64,000 nt of DNA from an uncultured Gammaproteobacteria bacterium (GCA_964435065.1 CAYSXS010000003.1:767-64766), one strand, 5' to 3'; positions 38,679 to 48,388 are shown, counted from the stretch's first letter. Notes: a model not told the origin generated them from the letters alone. Program-made: numbers and translations.

Positions 38679-39667
38679 AATTTAATAAATTTGCTTTTTA
38701 AAACCCACAAACCAACAAAAAATATATTCCTTCTAATAGCTGTACGTACTGTACAAATCATCCATGATGGTTGTGCTAAACCACTTTTAAGCTTGCTTCT
38801 TAACTCATCATTCTTGTTTGTACACCAAGCTTGTTTAAAATCTTTTGCTTTAGATAAGTTACCCATTAATTGACTATCAACAACTGAAGGATATATATCT
38901 CCTTTGGGATCCATAAAAAAATGATCATATGCTGCTTGTATTGGTAGTTTCCTTCCTTTACCAATTAAAAAGTTGTATAACCCATTAACATAGTACGCAC
39001 GGGCCCATTTCTTTAAAGACCATGTCTTTAATTCTTTTTTAATTACATATTTGAAAATTTCTTTCATTTTAACATTATCATGTCTCAACACATTCTTCTT
39101 ATTACCAAAATATATATCAGAATTTTGCATAGCTGACATTGTAAATTCAACTTTTAATTTACGAGACAAATCAAAAACTTTCTTCATTTCATTTAAATTA
39201 TCATTTGTTAATGTAAAAGCTATTTTAATCTTCTTTACCCCTATTTTTTTCAATATCTCTATTGTTTCTAAAGCTTTAATATATATCCCATCAATTCCAC
39301 GTACTTTGTCATGAACTTTACCTATTCCATCAATTGAAATAGCTACGCCAATATTTGGATCAATTTTTAAAATATCTCCTACTCTTTGTTTAATTAATTC
39401 TACAGCCAAACCATTTGATGAGAATATGATATTGGAATTAGGACAAGTTTTTTTAATATTTGATATAATCTCAACAATTTTTGAATGTAAAAAAGGTTCA
39501 CCACCAGAAATATTAATATATTTTAATTCTCTTGGTAGTTTTGAATAACTCAAAACATCCATATCGTCATGGTTTTTAATTTGCCAAATGTCACACATCT
39601 TACATTTAGCATTACACCTATATGTCACAGCCAAAACTGCATCAATTGGCATTTTACAATTTTTCAT
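38675..39667 (-). CDS. Radical SAM protein
   Basis: CNAKCKMC, ISGGEPFL, ISIDG; exact start uncertain. Confidence 0.9.
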   Translation of the reverse strand: MKNCKMPIDAVLAVTYRCNAKCKMCDIWQIKNHDDMDVLSYSKLPRELKYINISGGEPFLHSKIVEIISNIKKTCPNSNIIFSSNGLAVELIKQRVGDILKIDPNIGVAISIDGIGKVHDKVRGIDGIYIKALETIEILKKIGVKKIKIAFTLTNDNLNEMKKVFDLSRKLKVEFTMSAMQNSDIYFGNKKNVLRHDNVKMKEIFKYVIKKELKTWSLKKWARAYYVNGLYNFLIGKGRKLPIQAAYDHFFMDPKGDIYPSVVDSQLMGNLSKAKDFKQAWCTNKNDELRSKLKSGLAQPSWMICTVRTAIRRNIFFVGLWVLKSKFIKL

Positions 39668-39675
39668 AATGTTTA

Positions 39676-39727
39676 ACACCCAATTTCAGTTATGGGACAT
39701 ATATGTCCCATAACTGAAATTGAGTGT
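39676..39727. repeat. Long palindrome, perfect over 42 bp (39681-39722)
   Basis: CAATTTCAGTTATGGGACATA|TATGTCCCATAACTGAAATTG, extended by ACAC/GTGT after one mismatch. Confidence 0.95.
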
Positions 39728-40458
39728 CATGCTGTATATTTTTTTAATTCCTGAATTAATACTTTTTTAAAATCTTTTAATATGATTTGATGGCTTTTAG
39801 GTAAAAATATTTTTAACTCTTTCTTTATATCACCCTTGTAATTCTCAAATTTATTCAAAATCTCTGGAAATAAATCTTTTTGTTTATTGTTTAAATAGTC
39901 ATTTTTAATTAAAAAATATAAATCATACCAATCTCTAGGTTTACTACGTGCCATTAATGCAGCCAGTTTTCCGCTAACAACACCTTCTCGAGCTAAATGA
40001 TATATATCATAAGTGTTAATAAATTCATTTTTTATTTGACTTATTTCTTTTTTAACCCTCTCGCGACTAATCCTAAAAGAAATTTCTATCTTTAACTCTA
40101 ATACATACCCACTAAAAGAAAGATCTACTTTTGATATATACCCACCAGTTGTTTTCTTGGCTTCTTTAATTTCAACATCAAATCCAAAATTATCTAAATT
40201 CAAAAACACCTCAGTTAATAAACTTTCTATCTCTGGATAGGATATATTCTGGCAAGCAGTAAAATCTAAATCTTCTGAAAAACGCGGGCTATTAAAAACT
40301 AATCTTAGACAGGTTCCTCCTTTAAATAAGATTTTATCTGAATCTTCTTGTTTATATAACTCTGATAAAAAACAATGTTGAATATACTCTTGGGCAATTC
40401 TAGCTTCACCAACCTGATATCTAGTAGATAATTTCTTGATTTGTATTTGATTCATCAT
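39727..40458 (-). CDS. AbiEii/AbiGii nucleotidyltransferase toxin
   Basis: FKGGTCLRL...RFSEDLDF, KLAALMARSKPRDWYDL. Confidence 0.92.
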   Translation of the reverse strand: MMNQIQIKKLSTRYQVGEARIAQEYIQHCFLSELYKQEDSDKILFKGGTCLRLVFNSPRFSEDLDFTACQNISYPEIESLLTEVFLNLDNFGFDVEIKEAKKTTGGYISKVDLSFSGYVLELKIEISFRISRERVKKEISQIKNEFINTYDIYHLAREGVVSGKLAALMARSKPRDWYDLYFLIKNDYLNNKQKDLFPEILNKFENYKGDIKKELKIFLPKSHQIILKDFKKVLIQELKKYTA

Positions 40459-41050
40459 ATGTTTGCTTAATTAATCGATCCAAACTTTTTCTCTTAAAGA
40501 TCTTAGAAAAATATATCAATTTTTTGTAATCTATCTTCTTAAGATCGATCCTGTCATTTAAAGCTTTTTTGCCTAAACTAACAAAATACAGATAATCAAC
40601 AAGGGCCTTTTCTGGTTCAGCGACATAAACAGATCTCCCGCCAATATCTTTTTTAATATAACCGGTAAAGTATTTTTTTTTGAAACGCGAATAAGAATAT
40701 ATAATATTGTTTACACTAAATTCCCTAGTTGCTTTAGTGGTTGCAGAAGTAATTGTATAAACCATTTCTGGAATAATATTGTAATACATCAAAGCATATT
40801 CAAAAGAAACATAAGAGGGCTCATACAACCTATTGGCTATTTCAAACTCATTTGGAGCAAATTTTTTATCAAAATATACTCCTCTTTTAATTTTTGTATA
40901 TAATCCTTTTTTTACATTCCTGGAAATAAACACCCTGGCAATATCATATGAAACATTAAAATATCTTTGCAAATCTAAAGGAGTAAAAATAAATTTTTCT
41001 TTATCTATAATTAAATTTTGGATTTCAGTGATACTTAGCTTCTTTTTCAT
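40421..41050 (-). CDS. AbiEi-type antitoxin/transcriptional regulator
   Basis: KIKRGVY, PSYVSFEYAL, AEPEKALVD; start at MKKKLS. Confidence 0.9.
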   Translation of the reverse strand: MKKKLSITEIQNLIIDKEKFIFTPLDLQRYFNVSYDIARVFISRNVKKGLYTKIKRGVYFDKKFAPNEFEIANRLYEPSYVSFEYALMYYNIIPEMVYTITSATTKATREFSVNNIIYSYSRFKKKYFTGYIKKDIGGRSVYVAEPEKALVDYLYFVSLGKKALNDRIDLKKIDYKKLIYFSKIFKRKSLDRLIKQTYDESNTNQEIIY

Positions 41051-41061
41051 ATATTTAATGG

Positions 41062-41097
41062 ATTCATTAATGAAACAATATTGTTTCATTAATGAAT
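41062..41097. promoter_or_regulatory. Perfect 36-bp palindrome, candidate AbiEi operator
   Basis: ATTCATTAATGAAACAAT|ATTGTTTCATTAATGAAT lies between a TTGATT-17-TATTAT promoter and the ATG. Confidence 0.7.
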
Positions 41098-41156
41098 TAG
41101 CTATTATTTTAATAATACCCTCTTTTTAACTAAAAATCAACCATATTATCCACACC

Positions 41157-42653
41157 CTACTCCTTAAAACTAATCAATATCCCTGCTGTAGCCCAAAAGT
41201 AGAAAGAAATAGTTCTAACTTCAAAATATGGACCAAAAAAGCTTTGTAAAGGATATATGATCAATATTCCCATAAAACCTAAAGCTAAACCTTTAGTTAA
41301 ATTATCTTTTGAATTTAAATATATTTTTCTTGTTTGTCTATATAACATAACAAACAAACCAAGCCATAACAATAATCCAATAGTTCCATATTCTCCCCAT
41401 AAACTCATCCAGTTATTATCAATTTGTCCATATCTATCTTGTACACCAAAAGGCATACCAAACTTCTCATATACCTGATATTGATTTAAACTAGCTGCTA
41501 CGCCACTTCCATAAGTACCAGGACCTACTCCAATTAATGGACTATATCTAACTACTCTTAAAGGAGTATTTACCCAAAAGAATATCCTACCATAACCATA
41601 ATAGCTATTCTGTAATTCATATTTAGAAAAGGATTGTAAAGCTCTTTTAGGTAAACTTAAACTACTAGAAGTTTCTTCATATGTTGTAGGATTAAAACCT
41701 GTAGACACTAAATATATACCAAAATATACAATTAAAAGAGATATCAAAAGAATCAAACTAATAACAACCTTCTTGTCTTTCTTTATCATAATCCCTATCC
41801 AAAACAAACCCAAAACCAATCCTAACCAAGATAATCTAGAAAAAGTAAATATTAAAGCAACCAAACCAATTAAAAATATACCAGACCACAATACTTTATC
41901 TAATTTCTTTCTAGAATAATATATTCCAATAGCTAAAATTAAAAAGAAAGATAAAAAGATTCCTAATTTATCATACCTACCAAAGGTCCCCGAAATTCTT
42001 TGAGACGCATCCCACCCTATACTTCCTGTATCAAGACTAGCTCCTCCTACAGATATCTCTGAACTACTAGGTAATAATAGATTACTATATGACTGAGGTA
42101 ATATTAACTGAGATAAACCAATACCTGCTTGCAAAACCAAAACCACAGCCATAACAATTACAAAGTTACGCACAAACTTTTTATTAACTCCTAAAAATAT
42201 TAGGAGATAAAAAATTAAAGCGTAACGTAATAATTGACGTAAAGACAGTAAACCAACAGATAACTCAACTGAGTTATAGAAAATGGAAATCAAACCAATA
42301 ACTAAAAAAAGAATAACAATCAAATCAATCCCGCTCTTTTTGTATTTAAATTTCCTTATTCCAGTTAAATATTGGAAACACAACAACAAGACCAACAAGA
42401 CAATCAACCCCTCACCAGCAAATCTAGCAAAAGCATAAATCTCCTCAGGGACAAACTTTAACAAAAATGTTTCAAAAGGCAGATATATAGATAAAAACAA
42501 AACTCCATTTAAAGGATTCTTTAAAGAAAAATATAAAACTAACAAAACACCAAACAAAACAAAAACAGCAACTGAAGACAAGAAGACAATTCCTAAAGCC
42601 AAAACCAAGGCTCCAACAAGCCATATCCAATTTTTCTTTAAAAACCTAAACAT
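41157..42653 (-). CDS. O-antigen ligase/Wzy-like polytopic membrane protein
   Basis: RISGTFG, TFSRLSWLG, PLIGVGPG, DNNWMSLWGEYGTIG. Confidence 0.85.
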   Translation of the reverse strand: MFRFLKKNWIWLVGALVLALGIVFLSSVAVFVLFGVLLVLYFSLKNPLNGVLFLSIYLPFETFLLKFVPEEIYAFARFAGEGLIVLLVLLLCFQYLTGIRKFKYKKSGIDLIVILFLVIGLISIFYNSVELSVGLLSLRQLLRYALIFYLLIFLGVNKKFVRNFVIVMAVVLVLQAGIGLSQLILPQSYSNLLLPSSSEISVGGASLDTGSIGWDASQRISGTFGRYDKLGIFLSFFLILAIGIYYSRKKLDKVLWSGIFLIGLVALIFTFSRLSWLGLVLGLFWIGIMIKKDKKVVISLILLISLLIVYFGIYLVSTGFNPTTYEETSSSLSLPKRALQSFSKYELQNSYYGYGRIFFWVNTPLRVVRYSPLIGVGPGTYGSGVAASLNQYQVYEKFGMPFGVQDRYGQIDNNWMSLWGEYGTIGLLLWLGLFVMLYRQTRKIYLNSKDNLTKGLALGFMGILIIYPLQSFFGPYFEVRTISFYFWATAGILISFKE

Positions 42654-42692
42654 ATGTTAACTTAATTTTAACATTTTAGCAGAATTTGAGCA

Positions 42693-42730
42693 AAATAAAG
42701 AAGCGTTTTTCTCTGAGAGAAAAACGCTTC
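42693..42730 (-). terminator. Intrinsic terminator of the 45441-42768 operon
   Basis: GAAGCGTTTTTCTC-tga-GAGAAAAACGCTTC perfect 14-bp stem plus T tract. Confidence 0.8.
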
Positions 42731-42767
42731 AAAACCGTATGTAAAAAATTATAACATCATCGGTGAC

Positions 42768-44414
42768 TTACGGTGTGCCGCCAATAACTGTGGAGAAATG
42801 ATATTCTCCTCGGTTCCATATAACTTCCCCATCGCCAGTAAGACCAAACCAGGCCTTTGAAACATTCGGGTCAGGAGCGTTATAATCAAAACGTTCAATA
42901 TGTTTCTCAGACGTAAACGGTGCTAATCCGGTTGTTTGGTTGTATTCCGCATATTTGACATAAACTTCACGGAGTCCATCGTCATTCGGAAAAAGCACCC
43001 AATTCCAGACTGTATCGTTCACGACCGGTGTAAGCATAAATTCATAATAGTCATCCTGGTCACGAAGAACAACACCCTGAAGTTGATCCTTTGCCCAAAT
43101 TGTGTGCTCCCATTCTACGTTCTGACGAACGCGGAACACAAAATTTGTTGGGATATCGCCAGCGTTTGCAATTTCACCAGTCTGGCTATCGTATTCAATG
43201 CGCACCAGTTTACTACCATTAAACCACTCACGAATCGGAAACTGACTGAAATAATAGAGAGTACCGATTGTATCCGAGATATTAAAACTTGAATCCGGCA
43301 TACTCGGAATCCCTATTTCAAAAAAAGGATCCGAACCATCACCCATTTGATGTGCAAAGTATACATCTCTCCAGTTTCCATTAACTGAAACCCATTCCGT
43401 ACCATCATCTTGTACCTTACCCAAAGCTTTATTAATTTCATTCCAGCGACTATTGCCGTCTTGTGCTTTGCTAGATACTCTATAACGGAAATGATACATT
43501 GAATCAGTCGGGTAAATACCATCTTGATCAATATCACCATTCAAACGAATATTAACAAGACAAACCGGCCCTGAGCCCTGAACATTGGCGTTATATTTCG
43601 GTGCAAATGACTTTTTTGTACCATCAGGCATATGAATAACGATAGTAAATTCATAAAGTTCAACACCATCAGATACTGCAAAATACAAACCATTACCTAC
43701 AGCAGCATTAATACGTTGATCAATTAAGAAATGACCAATATACCGGACGTTATTACTGTCCAACGAAGCGTTGGTGGTATAAAATACGGTTCCACCAGTT
43801 TGAATTTTCATCAAACCAACCGGGTCAGTAACCTCAACGCTAAACTGTGTACCGGTTGTTTGCTGGGCCTGATACCAAGCATCCAGCTCTGGGTAACTTA
43901 CTGGTCGAACATTATATCCATCAAAAATAGCAGCTAAATCTCCACCATAAGAATCTCCAAATTGATCATAAGCGTGGGTATCCCATAAATACAGTTTAGA
44001 CGCCCAGTGTTTCATTAATTCTTCATCTGGCCATTTTTCGCCCTGAGTTCCGCCACAAAAATTCCATTTTTGCAAACCAGAATAACTTTTACGAACGCGA
44101 AACCAGTTATTGGCTGGACTTGTTGGTTGTACAATCCAATCGTCTGCTGAACCATATAGATAACAATCATCTCCCCAATTTTCTGGGGTACTTGATGTTC
44201 GAACCCAATGTTCATATTCAAAATGTGACGATGCGTTTTTTGCTGTGATTTTATAATCATCACTAGCGAAAACTAATGTCCAACCGTCTGGGGCTTCAAA
44301 ATCACCCGAATCAACAACTTCTTCTGGTTTATTGGGCGCTAATTTTTCACAGCCACCCAAAAACACAAAAGATACGATGGTTAAAATAACCAATACAAAA
44401 TACAATTTTTTCAT
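42768..44414 (-). CDS. Putative lipoprotein, unknown function
   Basis: MKKLYFVLVILTIVSFVFLGG-C lipobox; Trp/Tyr/Asp/Gly-rich beta-type sequence; AGGAG SD. Confidence 0.8.
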   Translation of the reverse strand: MKKLYFVLVILTIVSFVFLGGCEKLAPNKPEEVVDSGDFEAPDGWTLVFASDDYKITAKNASSHFEYEHWVRTSSTPENWGDDCYLYGSADDWIVQPTSPANNWFRVRKSYSGLQKWNFCGGTQGEKWPDEELMKHWASKLYLWDTHAYDQFGDSYGGDLAAIFDGYNVRPVSYPELDAWYQAQQTTGTQFSVEVTDPVGLMKIQTGGTVFYTTNASLDSNNVRYIGHFLIDQRINAAVGNGLYFAVSDGVELYEFTIVIHMPDGTKKSFAPKYNANVQGSGPVCLVNIRLNGDIDQDGIYPTDSMYHFRYRVSSKAQDGNSRWNEINKALGKVQDDGTEWVSVNGNWRDVYFAHQMGDGSDPFFEIGIPSMPDSSFNISDTIGTLYYFSQFPIREWFNGSKLVRIEYDSQTGEIANAGDIPTNFVFRVRQNVEWEHTIWAKDQLQGVVLRDQDDYYEFMLTPVVNDTVWNWVLFPNDDGLREVYVKYAEYNQTTGLAPFTSEKHIERFDYNAPDPNVSKAWFGLTGDGEVIWNRGEYHFSTVIGGTP

Positions 44415-44460
44415 TTCGCTTCTCCTAAAAATTTAAAGTTATTAAATGAATATTACTTAA

Positions 44461-45441
44461 TTATTTACCAAAATTGATACGTGCAGCAATTACAGGGGCA
44501 AAAGAATAATATTCCCCTTCTGTCACATCAATTGATGTATATGTGACCCCGCCACACAGCTCAAAACTAATTGTATCACTAACTGGAATATTTATTCCGG
44601 TCAGAATCTGACTTAATCCGTTGTAGTGATATAATGCGGTATCAGTCAGGTTATTAACTTTTTGACCGTAAAAAATACCAGCCTGGGCAGTCAACCATCC
44701 ATAGCGAAACTGCAATCCACCACCAACAAGAAATGAATAAATTTCTATGTTGGACAATGAATTAGTTGAAGCACTCATACTTCCAAAACCTCCCCATTCA
44801 AACTTATTACCGTTGGTCAGGGATAAACCTATCTCCATGTGGTTAAGATGACGATCCTCTTTAAATAAAATTGATCGCTCTCCAACAAACATCCTTATAT
44901 GAAGTGAAGGTTTTCCAAAGACTTTTTCTTCCAGTCCCTTAATACGGACATCAAAACCGTCATCAGCTTCAGCTCTTATTTTAGCCTCAGCTCGATCGCC
45001 GGCGATCCGTGCCGCTTTTTCCAGTCGATCAGCTTCTCGTCGAGCATCTCTTTCAGCTATTACAGCACCAAAAAAAGTATAATAGGTGTCATTTCTTACA
45101 AAATAAACCCCTCGTTGACCTTCGCCTCCGAAATATTCTTCGGTCCGGCTTACAACCCAGCCATATATATTAGCCATCGATTGGGCCAGCATTTTCCGTT
45201 TTTTGATTAACCTGGAGTCATAACCAGGAATCTTCGACGCCTCTTCACCACGGCTGGCACAAACGTGCATAATGACGCGAGTACCTTTCGGGAACATCCC
45301 GGCCTTGAGATAAGATGGCATCTTCTGAATCTGGTCGATTTCGGCAACAAAATGGTTCGACAATCTTCCGTTAATCTGAGCAGATAAGATGGTCGGCAAA
45401 AACACGACCAAAACGATAAAATAAATCAGTGATTTTTTCAT
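44461..45441 (-). CDS. Secreted protein: degenerate OmpA-like domain, coiled coil, putative outer-membrane beta-barrel
   Basis: Signal peptide ending LSA-Q; alternating G/aromatic strands; C-terminal AARINFGK; GAGGT SD. Confidence 0.65.
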   Translation of the reverse strand: MKKSLIYFIVLVVFLPTILSAQINGRLSNHFVAEIDQIQKMPSYLKAGMFPKGTRVIMHVCASRGEEASKIPGYDSRLIKKRKMLAQSMANIYGWVVSRTEEYFGGEGQRGVYFVRNDTYYTFFGAVIAERDARREADRLEKAARIAGDRAEAKIRAEADDGFDVRIKGLEEKVFGKPSLHIRMFVGERSILFKEDRHLNHMEIGLSLTNGNKFEWGGFGSMSASTNSLSNIEIYSFLVGGGLQFRYGWLTAQAGIFYGQKVNNLTDTALYHYNGLSQILTGINIPVSDTISFELCGGVTYTSIDVTEGEYYSFAPVIAARINFGK

Positions 45442-45554
45442 TTTTAATTACCTCATTTTAGATTGTGAATGTTCAGTTTTTTATCTTTTTGTTTTATTAC
45501 TCTCCCCCACAAATTAAATTTATGAGGGAATTGTTATAAAACAATGTATATATA

Positions 45555-47015
45555 TTAATAATATGTAAATCCAGTTGGATAAGAACCTAGTTCTGAATCT
45601 GAAACTGTGATTACATCAGCCCAATCATTACCATATCTACTAAATACAGATGCGTCAGCAATTGGTCTTTTTTCATTATCCCATACCCAATAAACTGTTG
45701 GGCCAGAACCTTTTAACAAAGTTCCATCAGGATATCTTGACCATGCATAGAATTCACCTGCAGTAGTAAATTGGTCAGCTTCGTCATAAGAAGCATTAGT
45801 TATGACTGGATGAGATTTAAATCTCTTTAAAGCATTTAAATCAGAGATATGTAGTTTTTGGTTATCACGAGTGATAACATAAACTTTACTATCTGGTGTT
45901 TTAAATAACTTGCCATATGAGAATTTTCTAACTTGAGCTCCTGCAATTACACCAGCATTAACGTCTTTACGTTTATCAAATGTGTACCAGTTCATTTCAC
46001 CAGCAACATATGAGAAAGGTATAGCCCAGTTACTAAGTTTAAATTCATCAATTTGACCATTTGTCCAAGCCATGTCATGACGGAAGTTATTACCAATCAT
46101 AATTTGACTAGGTAGATTAGATTTATCGTAAGCAACTTCATCGCGTCTACGACCATCTATATAAAGCTCTAAATTACCGTTATTTCTACCTTCCCAAGTC
46201 ATGGTAACTAAATGCCATTCACCTGGTGTCCAAACATTATCGCCTGAACCACGAGTATTGAAATGATAATAAGCTTCACCATCACCAACTCTAGCCACAA
46301 TACGACTAAAACTGTTAAAATTCTCTAAATACATAGCAAAGTTTGAATCATTAGTTTCCCAAACAACCATGTCTTTATTGAATTTTTCAATTCTTAACCA
46401 TGCGCTAGCATAACCACGGTCTGCACTAAAAGCTTTGTTATATGGATCATTGCCAAAGATTCTATCAGTGTTATAAGTTACATGACTATTGTCACTCTTA
46501 ACTTGTAAAGCACTGTTATATACAGCTGGTTTTACAAACTTTAAATCATTTTGATTTAAGATTTCAGCTGGTAAATCACCGTTATGACCATATAATGAAC
46601 TGTCAAAATCTACATAAAAAATGTCTTTGATTTCTTGAGTTCCTGAACCTTTAGTTTTAAATTCACCAGTTTCACTAGTTAATACTTTACCATTACTATC
46701 TTTAGCAACAGTTTGGTATTTATATGTAGTGTTTGGCTTAAGGTCTCTTAAAGTATATCTATGCCAATCAGTTCTTTTATCTGTAGTAATAACAGATCTA
46801 AGACCTTGACTTTGAGGACCATACTTTAATTCGCCTTCAATTGATTTGTTAGTATACCACTTTACACTTGCAGTAGTAGACTGTGCAGATACTGAAATAT
46901 TAAATATTTCTGTATCTTCAGCATTAACTCCTAAACTAGTTGGTAATAGTGTAATCACCATAGCTACCAATAGGCTAAGAGCAAATGTTTTTAATTTAAG
47001 GTTTTTCTTGTTCAT
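45555..47015 (-). CDS. Exported protein with fibronectin-III, LamG-like and C-terminal surface repeats
   Basis: LKPNTTYKYQ, WHLVTMTW...LYIDG...GQIDEF, YPDGTLLKGSGPTVYWV. Confidence 0.8.
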   Translation of the reverse strand: MNKKNLKLKTFALSLLVAMVITLLPTSLGVNAEDTEIFNISVSAQSTTASVKWYTNKSIEGELKYGPQSQGLRSVITTDKRTDWHRYTLRDLKPNTTYKYQTVAKDSNGKVLTSETGEFKTKGSGTQEIKDIFYVDFDSSLYGHNGDLPAEILNQNDLKFVKPAVYNSALQVKSDNSHVTYNTDRIFGNDPYNKAFSADRGYASAWLRIEKFNKDMVVWETNDSNFAMYLENFNSFSRIVARVGDGEAYYHFNTRGSGDNVWTPGEWHLVTMTWEGRNNGNLELYIDGRRRDEVAYDKSNLPSQIMIGNNFRHDMAWTNGQIDEFKLSNWAIPFSYVAGEMNWYTFDKRKDVNAGVIAGAQVRKFSYGKLFKTPDSKVYVITRDNQKLHISDLNALKRFKSHPVITNASYDEADQFTTAGEFYAWSRYPDGTLLKGSGPTVYWVWDNEKRPIADASVFSRYGNDWADVITVSDSELGSYPTGFTYY

Positions 47016-47051
47016 AATATTTATCTTATTTACTTAATTATTAATAATTAT

Positions 47052-47825
47052 TTAATCTTCAAAATAATATTTCTTACCAGTTGGTTCAGACAACATTGTT
47101 TTAATTGGAGTTTCCTCCATTTCAGGATCAAAATCTGCATCTTTCGCTTGAAATCCTTCATTACTTATTTCTTTTGGAGTTTCTATTACATCTGAATTAA
47201 GATTTTGATCTGAAATTTTGTTATACCCTCTATACATCACATATCCAGAGCTTAAAACTAAACCTAATATTAAAGCTGAAAAAACATTCAAGATAATATT
47301 TGGTCTAACTGGATAGTTAGATACTAATGGAGTATTAACCATTTTAATAACAACTGAACTGCCACCACCGTGATATTCTTCAGAATCGTTAATTAAAACT
47401 GAAGCAATTGCTCTAGAAACTATTTCTGTCTGTGCTTTATCTTTGTTGTACACATTTACAGTCATGATTCCAGATTCTGGTGATACATTAGTATCAACCA
47501 TGTTTTGCCAAGTTTTTCTTAATTTACTTTCTTTCTCCGGCCAATCGATATTAATTCTGAATCCAGCATTTAATACTTTGTTATAGAAAGAATCAGTCTC
47601 AATAACATTGGCTAGATTAGACGCTAAACGTTCTGAAGCTCTAGCAGCAGCATAAGCATCTAAGTTCTGTGTTTGTCTTTGAACAATCAAAAACCCAGTC
47701 TTAGATCTATACTCAAATGGTTGAATCAAACTTGCGATGATGGTTAATAATACCAAAATAGCAGTAAACAATGCAACTACATTTAAGTTCTTTTTTATTA
47801 AGTTAAAATATGTATTTTTATTCAT
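47052..47825 (-). CDS. Wzz/capsular chain-length determinant
   Basis: Two TM; PFEYRS, PVRPNIILN. Confidence 0.85.
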   Translation of the reverse strand: MNKNTYFNLIKKNLNVVALFTAILVLLTIIASLIQPFEYRSKTGFLIVQRQTQNLDAYAAARASERLASNLANVIETDSFYNKVLNAGFRINIDWPEKESKLRKTWQNMVDTNVSPESGIMTVNVYNKDKAQTEIVSRAIASVLINDSEEYHGGGSSVVIKMVNTPLVSNYPVRPNIILNVFSALILGLVLSSGYVMYRGYNKISDQNLNSDVIETPKEISNEGFQAKDADFDPEMEETPIKTMLSEPTGKKYYFED

Positions 47826-47901
47826 AAGAGTTATATATATGGTATTTCGGCTAAAATTAGCCTTGAAAACACTATATCCACATGTTTCAAGATAATATCC
47901 A

Positions 47902-47930
47902 ATATTAGCATATTATTTAGAATCTGTCAA
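47902..47930 (-). promoter_or_regulatory. sigma70-type promoter for wzz
   Basis: TTGACA-17 bp-TAATAT with extended TG. Confidence 0.65.
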
Positions 47931-48074
47931 CTAACACTTCTCCACTTTATCATTATATATAGATACCCTAGTATCTTTAAAAGACATATATTAAGAATAT
48001 ATACAAAAAACACATATTAGTACCTATATTCAGCCAATATTAGCCCAAATACATACTTATTCACATAAAACCCC

Positions 48075-48103
48075 TTGACATATGTTAACATCTATGTTAT
48101 ATT
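48075..48103 (+). promoter_or_regulatory. sigma70-type promoter P1
   Basis: TTGACA-17 bp-TATATT with extended TG. Confidence 0.65.
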
Positions 48104-48109
48104 AAAACC

Positions 48110-48189
48110 ATCATAATTAAGAAGAGTTAAGAAGAGAGATAAACATATTGAGTATTTCTCTGCTTGGCAAAAATTTAGCCAAGTTTTTT
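48110..48189 (+). ncRNA. Candidate ~80-nt small RNA
   Basis: Bounded by promoter P1 and terminator CTTGGC-N9-GCCAAG-TTTTTT; no ATG-started ORF. Confidence 0.35.
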
Positions 48190-48204
48190 CATTCCTATAC
48201 AGGA

Positions 48205-48233
48205 TTGACAAAACTAAAAAATTATGCTAAATT
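48205..48233 (+). promoter_or_regulatory. sigma70-type promoter P2
   Basis: TTGACA-17 bp-TAAATT with extended TG. Confidence 0.65.
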
Positions 48234-48288
48234 AACTTATTAATTTGTACTTTCACAACTTAATATATACCTCTAAATATATCTCCTA

Positions 48289-48342
48289 AGATTACACGAC
48301 ACTGGAACAGGATTCACTTCCCTTTTCAGTGTCGTGTAGTCT
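48289..48342 (+). other. Long 5'-UTR hairpin
   Basis: AGATTACACGACACTG / CAGTGTCGTGTAGTCT 16-bp stem (one G-U), extendable by 3 bp. Confidence 0.8.
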
Positions 48343-48388
48343 AATTAATTTAATTATTTTTTATCTAACTAAAACGGAGGTAAATCCG

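Noticed and set aside
47826-48110. AT-rich divergent intergenic region with DnaA-box-like TTATTCACA and ATATCCACA as a possible oriC
   Set aside because: Only scattered imperfect boxes, no dnaA/dnaN nearby, and gene orientation stays minus on both sides.
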